Origin: Candidatus Moraniibacteriota bacterium
Lineage (GTDB): Bacteria > Patescibacteriota > Minisyncoccia > Moranbacterales > UBA11712
Direction of reading: 5' to 3'
NCBI GenBank assembly: GCA_043802865.1
Contig: JAZDKQ010000018.1
Location: 1 to 41,575 of the forward strand
Length of the DNA: 41,575 bases
Under the pieces are notes generated by a model. It worked only from the letters and a program-made list of their open reading frames with translations. It made no database searches and had not been told where the DNA came from. This document shows positions 8,806 through 16,544 of this stretch, piece by piece (positions within the stretch are counted from its first letter, which is position 1; the number at the start of each line of letters is the position of its first letter). A program made the translations under genes and the position numbers.

Positions 8806-10392
8806 TTAAGGGCTTGTTTCAACCCATCCGCAAGATCCCTCTCCTTTCGCGCTACCTGAAGCATTACTACCTCCGCAGAGCCCGCCCTTGCAAGTCCAGG
8901 TGTAATCACCGTATTTACCGGGATCTGGATCCCTAATTATCGTACCATATATTTCACATAGCTGATTATTTGCTGGCCATCCATTACAGAAAACGGAACC
9001 ATTGCCTGGACCGACTTTCGCATCGAATATTGGCCCCATCGATGCCTCACATTGTGAAGAAGCCGCTCCAGCACATTGTCCATTACATTTCCAATACCAT
9101 TTTTTATCAGTGCCATTGTAGGTAATAGGAGTATTTCCCCAGGGCGTATCGCAGGGAGCGGTGATTTGTGACTGATTACAATATGTAGCACCATCTCTTC
9201 CGCTCGGACCGCATTGGCCAGAAATATCGTCTTTTTTTGTGGTCGTACAGCCGAAATAAGTAGCTCCTCCGTTTGGACTGGGACAATCCCACATCCATGT
9301 ACCCCTTGGATTCACGGGAATCACACTATAAGTGCACACAGGACCAGAAAAATCGGTACTGCAGAGAATTTGTCCAACTTGCCCGGCACATCCTCCCGGG
9401 CAAGGTCCACAATCACCCGGGCAAGAGAGACAATTTTCGCTTCCGTTACATGCTCCGTCTCCACAATAGGCTGGTGGTGGTGGTGGACAACAGCTAACGC
9501 TATAGCCGGTATCTACGCAACCTAAGTCCCAACCATGATCAATGTCAGTACAGCATTGGATTATATTACATCCTGAACACCATGAAGAGTAGCACGATGA
9601 GGTGCAAGCCGGCACTATAATCGCTCCGAGAGGATTTTTGCTATACGCCAAACCCAAATTAGATTTGATATCAGTCTTAAATTTAGCTAAATCCCAATCC
9701 GCAGAAGAAGCATTATTGCCCGGATAAGCTATTTTCCAATCATTTATTGAAAGATTTCCAGCTATTTCGCTGGTCTTTTTTAATACCTCTTTGGCCTTGT
9801 CAAACTCTCCCAAGGCATTATAACTCACACCTAAACCATTCAAAAGCCATGGATTATCTGGTTCTACCACTAGTCCTTTCTCTAACGTATCTTTCGCGTT
9901 TTCGTAATCATTATCCTTGTAATATGCCCAGGCCAGATCATTATATCCCGCCCATTCTTTCGGGAACATTTCGATGAATTTTTTAAAATCAATGATAGCT
10001 CCTTTGTAATTTTTGGAGTAGCCGTCAATCAAGCCTTTGATATAATATGATCGCGTTCCTTGGGAATTCAGGCTAATAGCTTTGTCTATTTCTAGGGTAG
10101 CTTCTTCCAGCTTATTTTGAACAAAATAAACCCTGGCCAACTGATAATACGCCGCCGATAAATTGTGATCCGCAAAAATAGCAGCTTTGTACCACTTGGC
10201 CGCTTTTTCAAGATCATAGCTTCCTCCGCTGTTGAAATAGGAATTTCCCTTGGCCAGCAGCCGTTGAGAAACCGCTCCTTTGACCGGAGTCAAATAAAAA
10301 ATTCCTGCCAATATCAAAATAGAAGCGAAAATATAATATTTTGTGCCTATTTTTTTACAAAATAATTTTGATTTTGTTTTTTTGCTTTTCAC
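8806..10392 (-). CDS. Membrane-anchored TPR protein with a large Cys-rich C-terminal region
   Basis: N-terminal TM; TPRs (AYYQLARVY, YYIKG, GYNDLAWAY, LNGLGVSY); about 31 Cys in the last ~265 aa including CGDGACNGSENCLSCPGDC; ends GWVETSP. Confidence 0.8.
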   Translation of the reverse strand: MKSKKTKSKLFCKKIGTKYYIFASILILAGIFYLTPVKGAVSQRLLAKGNSYFNSGGSYDLEKAAKWYKAAIFADHNLSAAYYQLARVYFVQNKLEEATLEIDKAISLNSQGTRSYYIKGLIDGYSKNYKGAIIDFKKFIEMFPKEWAGYNDLAWAYYKDNDYENAKDTLEKGLVVEPDNPWLLNGLGVSYNALGEFDKAKEVLKKTSEIAGNLSINDWKIAYPGNNASSADWDLAKFKTDIKSNLGLAYSKNPLGAIIVPACTSSCYSSWCSGCNIIQCCTDIDHGWDLGCVDTGYSVSCCPPPPPAYCGDGACNGSENCLSCPGDCGPCPGGCAGQVGQILCSTDFSGPVCTYSVIPVNPRGTWMWDCPSPNGGATYFGCTTTKKDDISGQCGPSGRDGATYCNQSQITAPCDTPWGNTPITYNGTDKKWYWKCNGQCAGAASSQCEASMGPIFDAKVGPGNGSVFCNGWPANNQLCEIYGTIIRDPDPGKYGDYTWTCKGGLCGGSNASGSAKGEGSCGWVETSP

Positions 10393-10442
10393 TTCTTTTT
10401 ATTTAATGCTGAAATTTGGTAAATTATTTTTGACTTCCATCT

Positions 10443-11639
10443 TTACGGCAATTTTGGAAATGGCGTATTAAGCCTCTCCTCTGTCCATCCCAATTCTTTC
10501 ATAACCGCTTTAAACCTAGGATTTTTCTGGGAAAGCAATGCTGTTCCCATAGTTACTAGCTCATTATTGTTTGTGCCTGGCATAGCGTTTAATTTCTTCA
10601 TGTACAGAAAGAAGGGTTTGGTTCTATTTTTATTATATCGCTCCACAAGTTGATCAGTAAGTTTGATTATATCGTCAATTCGCTCGTCACCATAGACTTC
10701 CGCCAGAAAACATGCATACCAATAAGTTATAAAACCCTCTTCTTGATCTGGTAATGCCCTCCCACTGTTGAATATGACTACAGATTCTTTATACTTCCTT
10801 TCCGCTTCCCCCGCAAAGTCTTTGGAAACCTGACCTAGTAAATAAAGCTCGGTTTGTCTACTTGCCTGCATAAGCAAAATCTTTCCCTTATTGAAAATAT
10901 TGAGATACGGAAAAGGATATTTTGAGGTAACAGCATCACCAGCGGCAATTTTTTCTTTGGCATCTTCGAGATATTGAGCCCGCTTCGCATCGTTTAAATT
11001 GTGAGAAGACTTATCTTCGATAAGACGTGCTAAATCGAAAGCGGCAATACGATAAGAGCAAAGAGGAAGCGGATATAGATCGAATGAGGCGTTACAAACA
11101 TTCTTTATGGTTCCAACTTCAGGATACTCTTTGTCTTTCAGGGGCTTAAAATAATCATCGCTCCAGATAGATACTAGGTAGTCATCGTCCACGACATCGC
11201 GAAATGAATTCGCCATATAATCATAGGCCACCGATCTCCATAATTTTGAATATTTTTCATTCTTCGCAACCTCTCTTATTAAATCGATTCCCTGGACAAC
11301 ACTCTGGCTGTTCGCGTACCTATATATAAATATTCTAGCTAGTAATAATTTTCCTTGCGCCTCTTCTGCTGCAGAGCTGGGAGCATGAGTTATTTCCCTC
11401 ACCTCCCGCTCCATCTCTCGAACCTTGTCAATATTTTTCTCATTGTCAATATTTTTCTCCAACTCGAAAAGTCTGTCAGAATATAACTGTGATTCAGATG
11501 CTGCCGATTTATTATTTTTAACGCTACCATCAAGCTCGCCTTTGGGAGCAACCATTTTGAAAATAATTCCAATTATTATCATTAAAAAAAGCGCGACAAC
11601 CAATACTAGTATGATTTTTTTGCTTTTTTCCATAATCAT
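10443..11639 (-). CDS. Membrane-anchored, probably all-helical hypothetical protein
   Basis: 398-aa ORF with N-terminal TM and helical/TPR-like composition; no recognised catalytic motif. Confidence 0.65.
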   Translation of the reverse strand: MIMEKSKKIILVLVVALFLMIIIGIIFKMVAPKGELDGSVKNNKSAASESQLYSDRLFELEKNIDNEKNIDKVREMEREVREITHAPSSAAEEAQGKLLLARIFIYRYANSQSVVQGIDLIREVAKNEKYSKLWRSVAYDYMANSFRDVVDDDYLVSIWSDDYFKPLKDKEYPEVGTIKNVCNASFDLYPLPLCSYRIAAFDLARLIEDKSSHNLNDAKRAQYLEDAKEKIAAGDAVTSKYPFPYLNIFNKGKILLMQASRQTELYLLGQVSKDFAGEAERKYKESVVIFNSGRALPDQEEGFITYWYACFLAEVYGDERIDDIIKLTDQLVERYNKNRTKPFFLYMKKLNAMPGTNNNELVTMGTALLSQKNPRFKAVMKELGWTEERLNTPFPKLP

Positions 11640-11722
11640 TATCTTTAGAGCTTACTTCTAATCAACTTCTACTTAACCTATATTCGATTAAATCAGGATC
11701 ACCTAACTATCAGATTCGCTTG

Positions 11723-12928
11723 CTATTCACCCGCCATTTTTTTTTCTACAAGGGTAATTTTTTCCTTGATTTCGATTCTTTTAGGATAAATATCCAAAGC
11801 TTTATTATAAAATTCCCTTGCTTCATTGAGCATATTTTGGTCAAAATAAATATCTCCGGCAAGTTCATATGGCCTACTGTCCACGCCATACTTGCTCGGG
11901 CGATTCATGGTAGATTGAAAACCCGGCCAATCTGAAGAAAATGGCTTATCTAGGTCATTATTTATATCGATAGCCCTTTTGGTATACTCTAGCGCCTTTT
12001 CATTTCCAAGACCTCCACTATTCGAATATGCTGTAGCCATATAATAATAACATTCTAACTTGAGGAACGGAGGCATTTTTTCAGCAAATTCCGTCGATTT
12101 TTCAACCCTAGAAAAATATTCAATAGTCTGAATATCATTAGATAGCAAAACCGCACCAAGTCCAATTCCGTAGTCGCTTATCATTTTTTGCATATTGATG
12201 TCACTCATTATATTGGTCCTTTTAGGATAGGCTTCAACTCTTCTTTCTCTGATTTTTCCAATTGAATCCTCAAGATTTTTTGGCTGAACAATAAGGTAAT
12301 AGTTCCTAAGATCAGGAAGCATCGCACCTAATAGTTCATTATATTCATCATACGACAATTCATAGTTATTTCCATGCCAAAAGCTATGCAATGTTAATTT
12401 TCTTTCTATATCATTTATTCCAATCAGTAAATTTGCTGGATAATAAATAACATCTTTGGGTTGATCCTTGCTCAGGGGAAGAAAAACCAAAAGCGGAGTT
12501 CTTGAATTGGGATTTATATATTGACCTAAATCACTTATTTCGAGATATTTTTTTTGGACTGAATAGTCTCCCAGCTTAGCTATTACTTCTCCGACGCCAT
12601 CTATAGTCCTATCTTGACCTACCGGGGCAAAAGATCTTCGAATCTCATCGAAATTATTACTTCCCGGATTCCAATATTCCAATACCATCGCAGCAGCCGC
12701 AGAAGATGTTTTTTGACCAAGGTAACCATACTCACCGACGTGATTATATAGACCCATATAAGGCACGTTTGGAATAGTATAGTTCGACTGCTTGGAAAGT
12801 GGTTTCCATTTTTTAACTACAAAAAAACCTCCAACGACTAATAAGGCCGCGACAATAAGCAAGACTAAGATAGTATTAATTTTATTTTTCTTTAAGTCTA
12901 CTTCTTTATCGCCTAACATATAAGTCAC
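11723..12928 (-). CDS. Membrane-anchored peptidase C39-like domain (catalytic residues apparently absent) plus TPR
   Basis: IPNVPY…TSSAAAAMVLEYW resembles C39-like VPy…C.ptslAMvl.y; C-terminal TPR (YELAGDIY…EAREFYNKALDIYP). Confidence 0.65.
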   Translation of the reverse strand: MTYMLGDKEVDLKKNKINTILVLLIVAALLVVGGFFVVKKWKPLSKQSNYTIPNVPYMGLYNHVGEYGYLGQKTSSAAAAMVLEYWNPGSNNFDEIRRSFAPVGQDRTIDGVGEVIAKLGDYSVQKKYLEISDLGQYINPNSRTPLLVFLPLSKDQPKDVIYYPANLLIGINDIERKLTLHSFWHGNNYELSYDEYNELLGAMLPDLRNYYLIVQPKNLEDSIGKIRERRVEAYPKRTNIMSDINMQKMISDYGIGLGAVLLSNDIQTIEYFSRVEKSTEFAEKMPPFLKLECYYYMATAYSNSGGLGNEKALEYTKRAIDINNDLDKPFSSDWPGFQSTMNRPSKYGVDSRPYELAGDIYFDQNMLNEAREFYNKALDIYPKRIEIKEKITLVEKKMAGE

Positions 12929-12975
12929 AATTTTATTTTTTATTTTTAGAAATAATCCTAAGAAAAATTTCTAAT

Positions 12976-13197
12976 CTAATATGAACAGCCAATGGGCAAA
13001 TCCGGTGAATCTGCTTTGGCTGTGGATGAAAGGTGGCAACAATCCGACAGAACATCTTTTGCTTTGTTTTCAAACCTTGCTAGATTATCATTTGCTCCAC
13101 CAAAAAACATTTTCAAAATTATAATAGCGAAAAAACCGCCCAATGAAACAAATGATATCAAGGCTCCCTTACTTATCTTCTTTACAACAATGGGCAT
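12976..13197 (-). CDS. 73-aa peptide, candidate YcaO substrate/precursor
   Basis: Basic N-terminus, TM helix, then …SDCCHLSSTAKADSPDLPIGCSY; own predicted promoter; divergent from ycaO. Confidence 0.6.
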   Translation of the reverse strand: MPIVVKKISKGALISFVSLGGFFAIIILKMFFGGANDNLARFENKAKDVLSDCCHLSSTAKADSPDLPIGCSY

Positions 13198-13254
13198 ATT
13201 ATTGATTTAAAAATAATAACTATTGTTTTATATTCTAAGGATGTTTATATTTAG

Positions 13255-13283
13255 ATTGTACTACACTACAAGAGTCTCCGCAA
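13255..13283 (-). promoter_or_regulatory. Promoter for the peptide/TPR gene block
   Basis: TTGCGG (13283-13278), 17-nt spacer, TACAAT (13260-13255). Confidence 0.5.
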
Positions 13284-13291
13284 ACATAAAC

Positions 13292-13300
13292 TGTGGATAA
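13292..13300 (-). promoter_or_regulatory. Perfect DnaA box (TGTGGATAA on +)
   Basis: Exact consensus, in the divergent intergenic region between the peptide gene and ycaO. Confidence 0.55.
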
Positions 13301-13387
13301 CTATTTTTGATATATTTTCTTTTCAAAATACGGGTAGACAGCTATAATTCAGACAAGCTAAAAACTAGTATTAATCTGAAAATATAA

Positions 13388-14869
13388 ATGGAATTTAAAT
13401 CTTCTCTTGAGGCAAAATATTTTTTAAATTTGCAGAAAGTTGGTTTTCTAAAAAAAAGAACCCTGTTGCTACTAATATTATTCCTTGAACGATATTTTGG
13501 AGCTTCCATATTGTTGGAAATGCCTAGCAAGTTACAGGATATAGATCCAGAAATCTATCCAGCAATTAATCTCGCCCATAAAATGAAGGGGTTGGGAATA
13601 ATTCCGAGTATCAAAAAAAGCCCTAAGCTACCGGACGAACCCTTTATCCATGAGTTTATATTCGCATCACCGCATGTCTCCTCCTCTGCGGGTGCTGATT
13701 TTTTGAGTGAAAAAAGAGCTATCTGGAAGTTTCTTGGGGAATCTACGGAAAGATTCCTGTGGAAAACTTCAGATGCTTTCTACCTAAACAAGACAAAATC
13801 ATCATCTTTTAGGGACTTACCGGGAGAGGCTCTTGATATATTTTCTTTGTCAGGTTTTTCTGGTAGCCAGAAGAAAAACTTTGAAATTCTGCATTTTGAT
13901 GAAAGGACAAGATTTGACTGGATTAAAGCTCATTCCCTGACTTCCAAAAAAAAACTTTACTGCCCAGTTCAATTAGTTAGCTCTAAATATCACCAGGAGA
14001 AAGTTAAGTCCTTAAAAAATACTCGAAAAGAAGAGCCTATGCTCCAATGGAATATAAGCACTGGACTGGCAACAGGCAGATGCTTGTCAGAGGCAACAGT
14101 TAAAGGTATGTTAGAAATAATAGAGAGAGACGCTTTCATGATAACTTATCTCAATAAACTATCCGCTCCAACAGTTAGCTTGTCACACCTTGCTAAATCC
14201 GACGTGGACATCGCTCGCGTATTACATAATTTTCAGCGTTATAACCTAGAAGTTTGCATTGTTAAGCTGCCAACTGATATGCCCGTTTGCGTCTATTTGG
14301 CGACTATTACCGATCGTAGCGGTCTCGGTCCAGCGCTTACGGTCGGAGCAAGCGCCGATTTCGATGCGAAAAAATGCATCTTAGACGCCCTTTCTGAAGC
14401 ACACTGCACAAGACTCTTCGCAAAAAAACACTTTTTCAAAGAAATTGATCCTGAAAAACTCAATTTCAAGGGGAGAGTCTTGTATTGGGCAAAAAAAGAA
14501 AATCTCCCTAAGATCAGCTTCTTGACTGAAGGCAAAAAAATAATCATAGACGTTGACAAGAAGAGGAATTTTTACGACACTTTGGAAAATAACAGTCGAA
14601 TTTTGGATAGATATTACAGAAAAAAGTTATATTTTTTGACTTCTGAATTAAAGAAGAAAAAATATGAGGCTTACTTTGTAGAGCTGTCCTCAAAAAAGGC
14701 AAAGAAACTGGGATTCAGGTGCGTAAAAACTGTTCTGCCGCAATTTCAGCCCCTTCATCTTGACGAAAGAATACCCTATTTTGGAGGGAAAAGACTTCAA
14801 GAGATTCCCCTGGAATTGGGATACGAACCGACAAAGGAGATCAACCGGGAGCGACATCCATTTCCCTAG
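13388..14869 (+). CDS. YcaO-family ATP-dependent peptide backbone-modifying enzyme (cyclodehydratase-type)
   Basis: GESTER, STGLATG and EIIERDA ATP/Mg motifs; C-terminal HPFP Pro-rich tail. Confidence 0.93.
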   Translation: MEFKSSLEAKYFLNLQKVGFLKKRTLLLLILFLERYFGASILLEMPSKLQDIDPEIYPAINLAHKMKGLGIIPSIKKSPKLPDEPFIHEFIFASPHVSSSAGADFLSEKRAIWKFLGESTERFLWKTSDAFYLNKTKSSSFRDLPGEALDIFSLSGFSGSQKKNFEILHFDERTRFDWIKAHSLTSKKKLYCPVQLVSSKYHQEKVKSLKNTRKEEPMLQWNISTGLATGRCLSEATVKGMLEIIERDAFMITYLNKLSAPTVSLSHLAKSDVDIARVLHNFQRYNLEVCIVKLPTDMPVCVYLATITDRSGLGPALTVGASADFDAKKCILDALSEAHCTRLFAKKHFFKEIDPEKLNFKGRVLYWAKKENLPKISFLTEGKKIIIDVDKKRNFYDTLENNSRILDRYYRKKLYFLTSELKKKKYEAYFVELSSKKAKKLGFRCVKTVLPQFQPLHLDERIPYFGGKRLQEIPLELGYEPTKEINRERHPFP

Positions 14870-14905
14870 AAATTATTTATCTTAATTTAATCAAATTATT
14901 CAAAA

Positions 14906-15763
14906 ATGGCCATCAATATCGTAAATCTAAATGAAAAGAGGAATGGAATGATATTTTTTCCTTCCCGAAAGGATACCAGCACGACAAAAAAATTTCGGGT
15001 AAAGAAAAGCAAAAAGGCGGAAGATGTTGATTTTACCAAAAGTGCAGTTACTAAGCCATGGGGATTTGAATACCTATGTTTTGAAAATGAACATCTCGAT
15101 ATATGGGAATTTCATCTAAATCCACCAGAGTCTACGTCTTTTCATTGTCATCCAGGAAAAGATGCTCTCAAGATTTTGCTTGAAGGACAAGTAGAATTAA
15201 AGACCATGGACAGGATCGAAACATTGTTTCCGGGCGACATTAGATTAATTAAGGGCGGAGTTCTTCATCAAACGACGAATAATGGAAAGGATGTAGCCCG
15301 TGTTTTAGAAATAGAGTCTCCTCCAAACAAAAAAAGGCTAATACGCATAAGTGACGCTTACGGGAGGAAAGATTGCCCCTACATTTCTAGTTCATTGAGG
15401 AGTAGTTTAGTTAAAAATGTATTGGTAAATTATTTTTTTAGAAAAGAAAAACAAACTGTAGATAAAAATATTGAAATATTCTCTCTTCTCCCTAAAAATA
15501 AGATTTATAAAAAAAATGATATCACTAAGAAAGTCTTAGGAATAAGGCTAAAGAAAATATCTTCAAGTAGTGAATGCATCGAAATAAATTTATTAGAGAA
15601 TATTTCTCAGTTAAATGTAAGCATGTTTGTCGTGATAAGCGGAACGCTGCTCGCGGTAAATTCAAATAATAAGAAAGTGCTATCGCCCGGGGAAGCCTGT
15701 TTTATCCCAAATTTAGAAGAACTGGAATTGGCATCAAGCGAAGCAGAATTACTACTTTTTTAG
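14906..15763 (+). CDS. Cupin-domain protein (type II mannose-6-phosphate-isomerase-like cupin plus a second cupin-like region)
   Basis: KPWGFE, SFHCH, VLHQ, LEIESP…IRISDAYGR. Confidence 0.75.
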   Translation: MAINIVNLNEKRNGMIFFPSRKDTSTTKKFRVKKSKKAEDVDFTKSAVTKPWGFEYLCFENEHLDIWEFHLNPPESTSFHCHPGKDALKILLEGQVELKTMDRIETLFPGDIRLIKGGVLHQTTNNGKDVARVLEIESPPNKKRLIRISDAYGRKDCPYISSSLRSSLVKNVLVNYFFRKEKQTVDKNIEIFSLLPKNKIYKKNDITKKVLGIRLKKISSSSECIEINLLENISQLNVSMFVVISGTLLAVNSNNKKVLSPGEACFIPNLEELELASSEAELLLF

Positions 15764-15789
15764 AATAAGATAAATAAATCCGCCACATT

Positions 15790-16536
15790 ATGGATGGAAT
15801 AATTTCAAGAAAATTTCATGATGAAACTAACTTTGATTTTACTATCGGAGAGGAAGTGACAGATTTTCAGTATAATATTTCGTGGGATTGGAAAAAAATT
15901 AATTATAAGGAATATCCCCGCTTTCCAAAGGTTGAATTACCGAGAATTCATATTCCTTATGAGGATATCGAGAATGCGCTAATCGAAAGTTGCCCAAAGA
16001 AAAAATTTGACACAAGAAAAGAACTTTCTCTAAAAGAACTTTCAAACCTATTATTTTTTTCATCCGGATTAAAGCCGACTAAAAAAACTGAGCAGGAGTC
16101 TGCCTCTCGATTTTATCCATCTTTCGATGCTCGTTATCCGCTTGAAGTATACATTGGAATCCAACGAGTTCAAGGAATTAGTCCAGGCATTTATCATTAT
16201 AATGTTAAGGGACATTTCCTTGAGACGTTGACAAATAATTCTGATTATTTAGATGATCTCAAAGAGGGAATTTATTATCCAGACTTCAAAGGCGCAGCAG
16301 TTGTACTTATGATTACTGCTGTCTGGAACAGGACTATGGTTAAATACAAAGATCGCGGTTATCGGATAATTTTAATGGAAACAGGCTATTTAGCACAAAA
16401 TCTTGCGCTTGTCTGCTCCGCCCTTGGCGTAGGCTGTCACAATACTACCGATTTTCACAATCAGAGAATACATGAAGTTTTAGACATCGAAAACGAAGAT
16501 GAGGACTCGATTAGTATGGTATTAATTGGAAAATAA
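15790..16536 (+). CDS. SagB/ThcOx-family (nitroreductase-fold) azoline dehydrogenase-like protein
   Basis: YKEYPRFPKVELP, RFYPS…YPLEVY, GIYHY, KYKDRGYR…METGYLAQNL. Confidence 0.85.
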   Translation: MDGIISRKFHDETNFDFTIGEEVTDFQYNISWDWKKINYKEYPRFPKVELPRIHIPYEDIENALIESCPKKKFDTRKELSLKELSNLLFFSSGLKPTKKTEQESASRFYPSFDARYPLEVYIGIQRVQGISPGIYHYNVKGHFLETLTNNSDYLDDLKEGIYYPDFKGAAVVLMITAVWNRTMVKYKDRGYRIILMETGYLAQNLALVCSALGVGCHNTTDFHNQRIHEVLDIENEDEDSISMVLIGK

Positions 16537-16544
16537 TCCCGCTG

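Noticed and set aside
12992-13210. Plus-strand 72-aa ORF opposite the candidate precursor
   Set aside because: The minus-strand ORF has a TM helix, a promoter and co-orientation with the downstream genes; this one has no such support.
13200-13387. Replication origin (DnaA box, AT-rich, parAB in the window)
   Set aside because: Only one perfect box here, no box cluster and no dnaA/dnaN in the window.
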